Shown here: piece by piece, positions 23,934 to 33,124 of the stretch | Numbering within the stretch: position 1 is the first letter of the stretch | Layout of the letters: each line of letters opens with the position of its first letter | Origin: Syntrophus sp. (in: bacteria) | Lineage (GTDB): Bacteria > Desulfobacterota > Syntrophia > Syntrophales > UBA8958 | Length of the DNA: 64,000 nt | Assembly (NCBI GenBank): GCA_025355725.1 | Contig: JANXZC010000109.1 | Span: forward strand, 38,340 to 102,339 | Direction of reading: 5' to 3' | Notes under the pieces: model-generated | Database searches by the model: none | What the model was told of the DNA's origin: nothing | What the model saw: the letters and a program-made list of their open reading frames with translations, nothing else | Position numbers and translations under genes: made by a program

Positions 23934-25268
23934 ATGAGTCAAAAGATGGTCGTCATCGGCGGCGGGGCGGCGGGCCCTTCCACGGCGGCGGAAGCCAAGC
24001 GGAGAAATAAATCTCTCGATGTCACCATGATCGAGGGAGGAGATTTTGTGTCCTATGCCGCCTGACCGATGCCCTATTACATCGGCGATGTAATCAAAGA
24101 CTACAAAAAACTGGTAATCCGCACACCCGAAGATTTCCAGAAAAACGGCATCAATGTAAAGATCAAAACACGCGTGGAAGGTATCGATTCCAAAAAAGGT
24201 CTTGTCCGCCTGTCCGATGATTCCAGTCTCCCCTTCGATATCCTCGTTATGGCTACCGGCGCCGACGCTGTCCGTCTGGACATCCCGGGGGCAGATTTGG
24301 ACGGGGTCTTCGTACTCAGAAACCTGATGGACGCCCTCCGCCTCAAATCCTACCTGAACGAGAAAGAATGTGGCAAAGCGGTTATTATCGGCGGCGGCTA
24401 CATCGGGATGGAGATGTGCGAGGCCATGAAAAATATTGGAATCCAGACAAAGGTCCTCGATATGCTGCCCCGTCCTGTTATCCGCTGGGACTCCGAATTT
24501 ACCAAGATGATCGTGGATGAGTTGGGGAAAAATGATGTGCCGTTTCTGCCGGAAACAAGGCCCCTCGCAATTGAAAAGGGAACAAAAAGCCGCCTCACCC
24601 TGAAGACGGACAAGGGTGATCTGGATGCCGACGTGATTTTAATGGGAGTGGGCACCCGTCGTAGTGTGGCCCTGGCTAAGGCTGCAGGGTTAGAAATGGG
24701 AGAAAGCGGGGCCATCAAGGTTGATTTCCGGCAGCAGACATCCCGCGAGGGGATCTATGCCGTCGGCGACTGCTGTGAGGTCTTTCATCGGGTGACCAAG
24801 CGCTGGGTCTATTTTCCCCTGGGAGACGTCGCCAACAAACAGGGCCGCGTCGCCGGTCAGAATATCGGCGGATACCCAACGGAATTTCCCGGCATTGTCG
24901 GCGCCCAATCCTTCAAAGTCTTCAATCTCGAGGTAGGTGCCACGGGGCTTACGGAGGAAGAGGCGATAACATACGGCTTTCAACCTGTTAGCGCCATGAT
25001 TTGGGGACTTCCCATCGGTCGGCCCATGGCAAAGGGGGAAAAGCTGGGGGTGAAACTGGTTGCCGACAAGGTTACGGGGAAGCTTCTTGGCGGCCAGTGC
25101 ATCGGGGAAAAAGGGGCTATCCAGCGGATCTTCGCTCTGTCAGTCGCCCTATGGTCGGGACTGGGCATCGACGAAGTGGGTTACCTGGACCTTCCCTACG
25201 CCCCGCCCTTCGGCGGCGCTTGGGATGCCATCCACGTGGCGGCTCAGGAACTTATGAAAAAAATGTAG
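23934..25268 (+). CDS. CoA-disulfide reductase/NADH oxidase-family flavoprotein; predicted selenoprotein (UGA at 24063..24065)
   Basis: The ATG at 23934 follows GGGAGG. The N-terminus MVVIGGGAAGPS (FAD GxGxxG) continues in frame through TGA into ORF 24069..25268. The TGA falls at the catalytic Cys position (VSYAA-U-PMPYYIG). Confidence 0.72.
24076..24094 (+). promoter_or_regulatory. Candidate bacterial SECIS hairpin
   Basis: ATTACATC-GGC-GATGTAAT starts 10 nt after the UGA. An alternative pairing is CCGATG (24066..24071) with CATCGG (24080..24085). Confidence 0.5.
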
Positions 25269-25286
25269 TTTAATGGAGGAACAAAC

Positions 25287-25613
25287 TTGTCGTTAACAGC
25301 TAATGAACGGGGTGTGGAGATCATTGCCGTCAGTATCGACGGTAAGGCATGGGGAACCTATGAGGGCCTTGCCGGGACATTTGCCGGCTTTGCCGATTCC
25401 TGTCTCCGCCATAAAACACTTCCGGGATTTTATAGAACGGACCTTACCGTGGAAGCAGAATTGAAGGGACGACGTCTGCATCTGGTTCTGCCGGGAAAGC
25501 GAACGTCGGCGGAACTGATGGAGATCCTGGATACGGCCTTACTTAACATAGTTGCCTTTCCCTGCAAAGAGGGGGAGGCGGAGTGTTTTATAGAAGTCAA
25601 ATCTGGAAATTGA
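25287..25613 (+). CDS. Hypothetical protein (TTG start)
   Basis: GGAGG 7 nt before the TTG. Tightly packed between the flavoprotein and abfD-like genes. No recognisable motif. Confidence 0.45.
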   Translation: MSLTANERGVEIIAVSIDGKAWGTYEGLAGTFAGFADSCLRHKTLPGFYRTDLTVEAELKGRRLHLVLPGKRTSAELMEILDTALLNIVAFPCKEGEAECFIEVKSGN

Positions 25614-25634
25614 ACATTTAAAAAGGAGGAGATT

Positions 25635-27086
25635 ATGGCTTTAAAAACGGCAAAGGAGTATCTGGACAGCATCAAGAAGATGAAACCCCGCGTTTATATC
25701 GGCGGGAAATGGGTAACGAACCTGCTGGGAAATCCCGTGACCAAATCCATGGTCATGGCCAACTCCGCCATTTACGGCCTGGCGGAAGATCCGGCCCATA
25801 AAGAAGTCATGGTGGCAACATCCCATCTGACGGGGGAACCGGTTAACCGCAACCTCAATGTCGCCCGGAACATCCACGACCTGGATATGCGCCAGGAGAT
25901 GGCCCTCCTGACCAGCCAGACCGTGGGTACCTGCAACTATCGCTGTGTCGGCTGCGACGCCCTCAACAGTCTGGCCTCCACGACCTGGGAGATGGACCAG
26001 ACCCTGGGGACGAAATACAATGAGAGATTCAACAAGTGGCTCGCTTACGCCCAGGCGAACGACCTGGCCGTCTCCGGCGCCATCACCGACGCCAAAGGGG
26101 ACCGGAAGAAGAGACCGTCTCAGCAAGATGAAATCGACACCTTCGTCCACTTAGTCGAGAAGCGCGACGACGGGATTGTGGTCCGGGGGATCAAGGTCAG
26201 CCAGAGCGGCGCCATCGGCTCCCATGAAACCCTGGTCCTTCCCGGCGGGTCGCTAAAAGAGGGAGAAGAAAAGTTCGCTCTCGCCTTTGCCGTCCAGAAC
26301 AGCGTGCCGGGTCTGTCCTACATCTGCCAGTACAACGCCTTATCGGCGGAGCGGGACTCTTGCGACAATGAAGACGAACTTGGGAACCCACTCTACGGTC
26401 AGCGGGAGACCTCGACGATGTATTTTGATAATGTCTTCATTCCCTGGGAGCGGGTTTTCCTTTGCGGTGAAACCAAATTTTGCGGAAAAATGGTAACCCG
26501 GTTTGCCAAGGCCCACCGGATGAACTGCGGCGGGGCCTGCAAGGTGGGATTCGCCGACCTGATCATCGGCGGCACCATGATGGCGGCGGAATATATCGGC
26601 GTGGAGAAGATCCCCCATATCCAGGAGAAGATCATCGACATGGTCCGTTACAGTGAGACATCCCATGCCTGCGCGATTGCCGCGGCCATGCGGGGCCGGG
26701 AGGAACCCAAGGGATCGGGAGTCTTCCTGCCCGATGATCTTTTCGGCAATGCGGCCAAGCTCAATATCGCCCACGGCTTCTGGGAGATCATCAAGAACGC
26801 CGGCGATATCGGCGGCGGACTGGTGGTAACCGCCCCGAGGCTGAAGGACCTGGAGGACCCGGAGGTAGGTCCCGTGCTGAAGAAGGCCTTCGGGGCAGCG
26901 GCGCCGGCGGACAAGCGCATGAAGGTAGCCAAGTTCCTCCAGCACTGGACGGCGGGACTCCATGGAGTGGGGACGTGGCACGGCGCCGGGGCGCCCCAGG
27001 GCCAGCGGTTTATGTTTACCGTCCTGACAGATTTCGAGGCCAAGAAGAAGATGGCCAAAAAACTTATGGGCATGAAAGAAGAATAA
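25635..27086 (+). CDS. abfD: 4-hydroxybutyryl-CoA dehydratase/vinylacetyl-CoA isomerase-like (HpaB superfamily)
   Basis: Alignable by eye to C. aminobutyricum AbfD, including [4Fe-4S] ligand positions CNYRC (CxxxC) and HRMNCGGAC. Confidence 0.8.
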   Translation: MALKTAKEYLDSIKKMKPRVYIGGKWVTNLLGNPVTKSMVMANSAIYGLAEDPAHKEVMVATSHLTGEPVNRNLNVARNIHDLDMRQEMALLTSQTVGTCNYRCVGCDALNSLASTTWEMDQTLGTKYNERFNKWLAYAQANDLAVSGAITDAKGDRKKRPSQQDEIDTFVHLVEKRDDGIVVRGIKVSQSGAIGSHETLVLPGGSLKEGEEKFALAFAVQNSVPGLSYICQYNALSAERDSCDNEDELGNPLYGQRETSTMYFDNVFIPWERVFLCGETKFCGKMVTRFAKAHRMNCGGACKVGFADLIIGGTMMAAEYIGVEKIPHIQEKIIDMVRYSETSHACAIAAAMRGREEPKGSGVFLPDDLFGNAAKLNIAHGFWEIIKNAGDIGGGLVVTAPRLKDLEDPEVGPVLKKAFGAAAPADKRMKVAKFLQHWTAGLHGVGTWHGAGAPQGQRFMFTVLTDFEAKKKMAKKLMGMKEE

Positions 27087-27119
27087 ATAAAATCCTGTCC
27101 GAATAGCGCTTTTTTCATT

Positions 27120-27147
27120 ATTCCCCTCCAAGGTATCGGAGGGGAAT
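27120..27147 (+). terminator. 10-bp GC-rich hairpin after the abfD-like gene (no U-tract)
   Basis: ATTCCCCTCC-aaggtatc-GGAGGGGAAT. There is no T-run on either side, so terminator function is uncertain. Confidence 0.3.
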
Positions 27148-27480
27148 AGTTGATTCCTGATCTGCAATCATCACCCTTCCCGTCCTTTTTTCCTTGACAA
27201 GCTGTCTGTTTCGTAATACCAAGAAGTACGGTGTGGAAGAGCGCCTTATGGATTTAATCATAGACGATTGTCTGGATAATTCGGCGTTTTCTGTTAAACA
27301 CGCTCTTTTTTTGATTCATTTACTCACCTGCAACTTGCTCATGGCAACGGGATACTTCTCGGGTACAACGCTCATGGACGGGTATCATAAAGTATTATGA
27401 TCTTCAGGATGTTGGTAAGGTTTTATGATCAGTTATTTTAAAGGTTTCATGAAACATTTTTAAAAAGGAGGGTGTAGCGT

Positions 27481-29169
27481 ATGTACTTTGCAGCGGAAGT
27501 GCTGGCAAGCTCCAGCACGCTCAAACAGAAGTGGGAGGACGAGGTTCGCAAGAGCGTCGCCAAGGTCGCCGATCAGAAACCGGAAAAGCTCTGGTCAACT
27601 GTATCCGACCTCCAGATTAAACGTCTTTATGGTCCCGATGACATCAAAGACATGGATTTTGAAAGGGACATCAGCTATCCTGGCCAGTTCCCCTACCTGC
27701 GGGGCAATCAGCCCACTGGTTACCGGGGTAAATACTGGACCTACCGGATGTTCTCCGGCATGGGAGACGCCAAGACGACCAACGAACGTTGGCACATGCT
27801 CCTCAAGGAGGGGCAGACGGGTCTCAGCACGGCCTTCGATTTTCCAACATTGATGGGTTATGACTCCGACTGTCCCAAAGCAAGGGGGGAGTGCGGAAAG
27901 TGCGGTGTCGCCATCGATACCCTGGAAGACTTCATGCAGTTGGTGGAAGGCATCCCCATGGACAAGGTTACCACGTCCATGACCATCAACCCGCCGGCAA
28001 CGGCCCTCTGGGCCATGTACTGCGCCGCCGCAGAGATCAGGGGCATCCCCCTGACCAAGATCGGCGGGACAATCCAGAATGACATGCTCAAGGAATTCAT
28101 CGCCCAGAAGACCCTGATGTGTCCCCCCGATCCTTCGGTCAAGCTGATCAGCGACACCGTGGAATTCGGAACCAAGTACGTTCCCCGCTGGAACACCATC
28201 AGCATCAGCGGTTATCATATCCGGGAAGCCGGAGCGACGGCCGTTCAGGAACTGGCCTTTACCCTGCGGGACGGCATGGAATACGTCGAAGACGTCATCC
28301 GCCGCAAGGGACTGGAAGTTGATGAATTCGCTCCCCGGCTCTCCTTCTTCTTCAACTCCCATATCGACTTCTTCGAAGAGATCGCCAAGCTGCGGGCCGC
28401 CCGCCGGATCTGGGCAAAAGCGATGCGGGATCGTTACAAGGCCAAAGATCAGCGGTCCTGGTGGATGAGGTTCCATACCCAGACAGCCGGGTGTTCCCTC
28501 ACAGCGCAGCAGCCCTACAACAACGTTGTCCGGACGGCCACGGAGGCCCTGGCGGCGGTGCTCGGCGGGACCCAGTCCCTCCATACGAATTCCCTTGATG
28601 AAGTCCTCTGTCTGCCCTCGGATCATGCGGTGCAGATCGCACTCCGGACCCAGCAAATTATCGCTGAGGAAACAGGGGCCGCCAACACCATCGATCCCCT
28701 GGCGGGTTCCTATTTCGTCGAGGCCCTGACCAATGAGATGGAAGAGAAGGCCTGGGAATATATCCACAAGATCGACGAAATGGGCGGCATGGTCGCAGCC
28801 ATTGAAAAGGGATTCCCCCAGCTCGAAATCTCCGACGCCGCTTATCTGTATCAGCGACAGGTCGATGCCAGTGAAAAGATCATGATCGGCGTCAACAAGT
28901 ACGTTACCGAGGAAAAGATCCCCATTCCCCTGATCGAGATCGACGATGCAGTGGAAACCGCGCAGGTCGCACGTTTGCAGGCCGTCAAAAGGAAACGCGA
29001 CGGCAAGGCCGTCAAGAAAGCCCTCGACGATATCAAGAGTGCCTGCAAGAAGGGCGATAATGTCATGCCCTACTGCATCGAAGCCGTAAAGAGCCTGGCA
29101 TCCGTCCAGGAAATCTGTGATGTCTATCGCGAAGTTTACGGCGAATACCGGGATCCGGGATTGTACTAA
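27481..29169 (+). CDS. B12-dependent acyl-CoA mutase large (substrate-binding) subunit, isobutyryl-CoA-mutase-like
   Basis: 562 aa with ...WTYRMFSGMG...GLSTAFDFPTLMGYDSD...LKEFIAQK.... Phe91 and Gln209 occupy the positions that are Tyr/Arg in methylmalonyl-CoA mutase. Confidence 0.85.
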   Translation: MYFAAEVLASSSTLKQKWEDEVRKSVAKVADQKPEKLWSTVSDLQIKRLYGPDDIKDMDFERDISYPGQFPYLRGNQPTGYRGKYWTYRMFSGMGDAKTTNERWHMLLKEGQTGLSTAFDFPTLMGYDSDCPKARGECGKCGVAIDTLEDFMQLVEGIPMDKVTTSMTINPPATALWAMYCAAAEIRGIPLTKIGGTIQNDMLKEFIAQKTLMCPPDPSVKLISDTVEFGTKYVPRWNTISISGYHIREAGATAVQELAFTLRDGMEYVEDVIRRKGLEVDEFAPRLSFFFNSHIDFFEEIAKLRAARRIWAKAMRDRYKAKDQRSWWMRFHTQTAGCSLTAQQPYNNVVRTATEALAAVLGGTQSLHTNSLDEVLCLPSDHAVQIALRTQQIIAEETGAANTIDPLAGSYFVEALTNEMEEKAWEYIHKIDEMGGMVAAIEKGFPQLEISDAAYLYQRQVDASEKIMIGVNKYVTEEKIPIPLIEIDDAVETAQVARLQAVKRKRDGKAVKKALDDIKSACKKGDNVMPYCIEAVKSLASVQEICDVYREVYGEYRDPGLY

Positions 29170-29197
29170 GATAACGACTTGAGGAGGGAATTTCGAT

Positions 29198-29602
29198 ATG
29201 TCAGATAAAAAGATTCGTGTAATGGTTGCGAAACCGGGCCTCGATGGTCATGATCGTGGCGCCAGGGTTCTGGCCCGCTGTTTCCGTGACGCAGGATTTG
29301 AAGTTATTTACACCGGTTGTCACCAGACGCCGGAGCAGATCGCCTCTGCGGCGATTCAGGAAGACGTGGACGTAGTGGGATTGAGCTGCCTTTCCGGAGC
29401 CCATCGGTATCTGTTCCCCGCCGTCGCCAAACTGCTGAAGGAGCAGGGGGCCGATGATATTACCGTCGTCGGCGGCGGCATTATTCCTGAGCAGGATTTC
29501 CAGTTGCTTTATGACGCTGGTCTCAAGGCCATCTTTATACCCGGCGCCAAACTGGACAGTATTGTTGACTGGTTCAAAACAAACGTGCACCCAAGGGCTT
29601 GA
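29198..29602 (+). CDS. Acyl-CoA mutase small subunit (B12-binding domain)
   Basis: DxHxxG motif in [23 protein letters not shown]; 134 aa. Confidence 0.88.
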   Translation: MSDKKIRVMVAKPGLDGHDRGARVLARCFRDAGFEVIYTGCHQTPEQIASAAIQEDVDVVGLSCLSGAHRYLFPAVAKLLKEQGADDITVVGGGIIPEQDFQLLYDAGLKAIFIPGAKLDSIVDWFKTNVHPRA

Positions 29603-29606
29603 TATC

Positions 29607-30581
29607 ATGGAACGTGTAAAAAGAATCCAGGCGGGAGACGTAAGAACGGCTTCCCGTCTTATCAGAAATCTCGAAGATGGGATGGTTGAAGCAAGATCTA
29701 CCATCAAGCATATTTTCCCTCTGACCGGCAAGGCTAATGTCCTTGGAATTACCGGCTCTCCGGGGGCGGGAAAAAGCACCCTCGTGGACGGCCTGGTGGA
29801 ATCCTTCCGCAAGAAGGATAAAACCGTGGGCGTCCTGGCCGTGGATCCTACCAGCCCCTTCACCGGCGGGGCCATCCTGGGAGACCGGATCCGCATGCAG
29901 CGCCATGCCGAAGATCCGGGCGTCTTTGTCCGGAGCTTGGCAACGCGGGGGGCTCTGGGCGGTCTATCCAGGGCGGTCGGCGACGCCATTCATATCATGG
30001 ATGTTATGGGGAAGGATATGATCATCGTCGAGACCGTCGGCACGGGCCAGCAGGAGGTGGATATCATCAACCACTCCCATACGGTCATCGTGGTCCTGAT
30101 TCCGGGAATGGGCGACGAGATCCAGGCCATCAAGGCCGGGATTATGGAAATCGCCGACATTTTCGTGATCAACAAGGCGGATCGGGAAGGGTCATCCAAG
30201 CTGCGGCGGGAGATCATGGCCATGCTCGACATGGCGCCGCCGACGGCCTTCGCGGCGGGCTGGCGTCCACCCATCATCAGGGTGGAAAACGCCTTCGAGC
30301 CGGAAGGATTTAATAAGAGTCTCGAAGAGTTGACAACCACCATTGAAAGCCATTACCAGCATCTGGTAAAGCACGACCTCATCGGTTCCCGAATCCGCCG
30401 GAAGGCCGTCATGGAGCTTAATGAGGCGATCCGGACATGTATTCTGGAACCAGTGCTGAATCGGCTCATATCCGATGGTGAAACCGAGGCGATGATCGAG
30501 AAGCTGATCAACAAGCAGAGCGATCCCTACACCCTCGCCGAGGACGTAGCGAGACGGTATCTCAAGGACCTCAACTTATAA
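29607..30581 (+). CDS. meaB: MeaB/ArgK-type G-protein chaperone for B12 mutases
   Basis: GSPGAGKST P-loop, VETVGTGQ and NKADR. Start set at MERVKRIQAGD. Confidence 0.88.
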   Translation: MERVKRIQAGDVRTASRLIRNLEDGMVEARSTIKHIFPLTGKANVLGITGSPGAGKSTLVDGLVESFRKKDKTVGVLAVDPTSPFTGGAILGDRIRMQRHAEDPGVFVRSLATRGALGGLSRAVGDAIHIMDVMGKDMIIVETVGTGQQEVDIINHSHTVIVVLIPGMGDEIQAIKAGIMEIADIFVINKADREGSSKLRREIMAMLDMAPPTAFAAGWRPPIIRVENAFEPEGFNKSLEELTTTIESHYQHLVKHDLIGSRIRRKAVMELNEAIRTCILEPVLNRLISDGETEAMIEKLINKQSDPYTLAEDVARRYLKDLNL

Positions 30582-30600
30582 CCTTTAACGTGTTGATAGA

Positions 30601-30631
30601 GAAGCCCGGGATGGCAAACATCCCGGGCTTC
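30601..30631 (+). terminator. 11-bp stem hairpin after meaB (weak U-tract)
   Basis: GAAGCCCGGGA-tggcaaaca-TCCCGGGCTTC followed by tgatctt. Confidence 0.45.
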
Positions 30632-30653
30632 TGATCTTGGCGACTCGTTCTCG

Positions 30654-31268
30654 ATGATTTTCGAATTTGTTGGCAATATTGTCAATATCTCACAGGAGGA
30701 TAAGACGGCGTTGACAGACAATCTTATTGAAGAGACCCTGGCCAAGTTCAATCGCGGCGTTGTCATGGTTGTCACGGGCAACGGCAAGGGAAAGACGACC
30801 GCCGCTATCGGCCAGGCCCTCCGGGCGCTCGGTCATGGAAAGAAGGTCTTCATGATCCAGTTCATGAAGGGCAAGAAATACGGCGAGGTGCTTGCCGCCG
30901 AGAAATATCTTCCCGATTTCACGATCCGTCAGAGTGGCCTGGACAGTTTCGTCATGCGGGACAATCCCGCTCCCATCGATATCGAACTGGCTAAAGAGGG
31001 ATTCAAGATGGCCGGGCAGGCCATTTCTTCCGGGGAATATGATCTCGTCATCCTCGAGGAGATAAATGTGGCCCTGGATTTCAAACTGCTGCTCCTCCCG
31101 GAAGTCATCGATATGATCAACAACAAACCGGCGACGGTAGATTTGATCCTCACAGGGCGATACGCCCCCCAGGAGATTATCGATCTTGCCGATACGGTCA
31201 GCGACATTCAGGAGATCAGGCATCACTATACCAAGGGGATCAAGGAACGCGCCGGCATGGAGTACTGA
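30654..31268 (+). CDS. cobO: Cob(I)yrinic acid a,c-diamide adenosyltransferase (CobO/BtuR type)
   Basis: VVTGNGKGKTTAAIGQALRALGHGKKVFMIQFMKG. The start may lie further downstream. Confidence 0.82.
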   Translation: MIFEFVGNIVNISQEDKTALTDNLIEETLAKFNRGVVMVVTGNGKGKTTAAIGQALRALGHGKKVFMIQFMKGKKYGEVLAAEKYLPDFTIRQSGLDSFVMRDNPAPIDIELAKEGFKMAGQAISSGEYDLVILEEINVALDFKLLLLPEVIDMINNKPATVDLILTGRYAPQEIIDLADTVSDIQEIRHHYTKGIKERAGMEY

Positions 31269-31269
31269 T

Positions 31270-31872
31270 TTGACCCAGGTCAAAAGCAAAAAGTCCCTCC
31301 GGGGCAAGTTGCTCGTCCCCATCGATCCCATTATCGCTTTGCTCAAGGCGGAGGGGGCTTCAACGGCCCTTTCCATTCCCGTTTCTCATGTCATCGTCGA
31401 CGAGCGGGTCCGTCTGAAATGTCAGGTTCCCCTCTGCGACAGTTTTCACAAAAACCTCATGTGCCCCCCTTTTGTCATGCCTGTTGAGGAATTCCGCAAG
31501 GTCCTTGGTTGTTATGAGGAGGCGATCCTCCTTCAGACGGAGGGGGCCATTGACGTTCTGACCGAAGGGAAACCCGGCCGAGACGTTTTCGCCCCGGCGG
31601 GAAGGCTGCACGACCTTGTAAATAGGGGAGAACGGGAGGCCTTCCGCTCCGGTTTCCGTTTCGCCGCCGGTCTGATCGGGGGCTGCTGCCGTCTCTGCGA
31701 GGTCTGTGTGGCAATTGACAACAACAGAATCTGTCGTTTCCCCTTCCGCGCCCGTCCTTCCATGGAGGCGATGGGCATCGATGTTGTCGCCACCTTGGAA
31801 AATGCGGAACTATTCATTGCCTTTCCCATTAGCGACCGGGTTACATGGACGGGGCTGATCCTGCTGCAATGA
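31270..31872 (+). CDS. DUF2284-like Cys-rich metal-binding protein
   Basis: RLKCQVPLCDSFHKNLMCPPF and GGCCRLCEVC. The TTG start at 31270, right after the cobO stop, is a guess. Confidence 0.6.
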   Translation: MTQVKSKKSLRGKLLVPIDPIIALLKAEGASTALSIPVSHVIVDERVRLKCQVPLCDSFHKNLMCPPFVMPVEEFRKVLGCYEEAILLQTEGAIDVLTEGKPGRDVFAPAGRLHDLVNRGEREAFRSGFRFAAGLIGGCCRLCEVCVAIDNNRICRFPFRARPSMEAMGIDVVATLENAELFIAFPISDRVTWTGLILLQ

Positions 31873-31931
31873 GAAGGAAATAAGATTCAGAAACATCAAC
31901 GAAAAAAGATCCGTTTCAAAGGAGGTTATCT

Positions 31932-32129
31932 ATGGCAATTCTAAAAGAAGGTGGCATCCCCATCGGACGCATGCTGTTTATTCCCAAGGACGGGACGCTG
32001 TCGAAAAATGATCTGGAGATTGAATCTAACGGTCAGTACCAGCTTATGGAAAGACCTGATTGTTTCGTTGTCAAGAATGCCGAGTGCTGCCGAAGTATCA
32101 TGGTGACGGTCAAGACAAAAGAAGCATAG
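31932..32129 (+). CDS. Hypothetical small protein
   Basis: AAAGGAGG SD 7 nt upstream; 65 aa; no recognisable motif. Confidence 0.4.
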   Translation: MAILKEGGIPIGRMLFIPKDGTLSKNDLEIESNGQYQLMERPDCFVVKNAECCRSIMVTVKTKEA

Positions 32130-32254
32130 AGATCAGTAACTGCAATTATACTGATTACTTATTTGTCACCGATCACAGGGGGCCCATCTCGGTGTTGCTG
32201 TTGTTGGCTCAAGTCTGCAACTTGAACCAACAACGAGACGTTCGGCTGAAAATG

Positions 32255-32989
32255 TCAGGATGTTTTGTTTCTGACGGCCCACAGCACCTGGCGGCAGATC
32301 CCCCGAATAATCTTCACGTCCCTTGAGAAAAGACCTGTCCGGGAGAGCAACCGGCGGATATGCATCAACCAGTAATCGGGATTCTGGGGATTGAGAAAAC
32401 CGACTTCCGTCAGCGCCTCTTTGACCTGACCGAACATGCCCTCGATTTCCATCGATGAGGCCATTTTTGACGTAAATGCCTTTTTCTTCTCCCCCCCGGC
32501 GGCAAAGATTTCATAGCAAACAATCATCACGGCATGGGAAAGATTGATGGATTTCAATTGTTCCGAAACAGGGATGGTAGTGACGGCATGGCAATACCGG
32601 AGGTCACTGTTACTTAGTCCCTTGTCTTCGGATCCGAAAAGGAGGGCTATCTCATTGTTCTGAGATATGTCGACCAGACTTTCCGCCCTCTCCCTGGGTG
32701 AGAGGGCCGGCCCCCGAGCCGAACCGAGGCGGGAAGTCGTGCCGACGATGTACTGAAAGGGGGCGAGGGCACCCCCAAGATGATCAAAGTATTTAATATT
32801 ATCAATAATGTCCGCAGCAAAATGGGTGGACATGATCTTCATCTCTTCCGGGTCAAAGGGCCCCGCCTCAGAAACAATGAGCTTTCCCATGCCCATGTTC
32901 TTTATACAGCGGGCTACGGAACCGATGTTGCCCGGGAACTTGGGCTTTTGCAGGACAATGGTAAATTTTTCAAAACGCGCCGCAGTCAT
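32255..32989 (-). CDS. SpoU/TrmH-family tRNA/rRNA 2'-O-methyltransferase (TrmJ-like)
   Basis: PKFPGNIGSVARCIKNMG, LLFGSEDKGLSN and IPV...SINLSHAV motifs. Confidence 0.85.
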   Translation of the reverse strand: MTAARFEKFTIVLQKPKFPGNIGSVARCIKNMGMGKLIVSEAGPFDPEEMKIMSTHFAADIIDNIKYFDHLGGALAPFQYIVGTTSRLGSARGPALSPRERAESLVDISQNNEIALLFGSEDKGLSNSDLRYCHAVTTIPVSEQLKSINLSHAVMIVCYEIFAAGGEKKKAFTSKMASSMEIEGMFGQVKEALTEVGFLNPQNPDYWLMHIRRLLSRTGLFSRDVKIIRGICRQVLWAVRNKTS

Positions 32990-33124
32990 ACCGTCTCCGA
33001 CCTATGTTGATTTACCGACCCTTGTCAACCCGCTTACAGAAAGAAAATTACAATGCCCTGAGCGCCGGAACAGATAAATACGATCCGGCGTCCAGGGCAT
33101 TTATTCATGGGGTACTGTATCCCC

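Noticed and set aside
24069-25268. The ORF-track start (MPYYIGD...) taken as the true start of the flavoprotein.
   Set aside because: This start would remove the FAD-binding GxGxxG and the catalytic residue, and it has no SD. The upstream in-frame segment supplies both if the UGA is read as Sec.
27087-27480. The long AT-rich spacer before the B12-dependent mutase genes might hold a cobalamin riboswitch or a small gene (ORF 27194..27400).
   Set aside because: I could not find a B12-box-like GCCACTG/AGYCMGG core. B12 riboswitches normally control B12 supply genes rather than B12-dependent enzymes. The 68-aa ORF has no SD and an implausible composition. Only short dyads were noted (TTTCATGAAA and a TTATGATC repeat).
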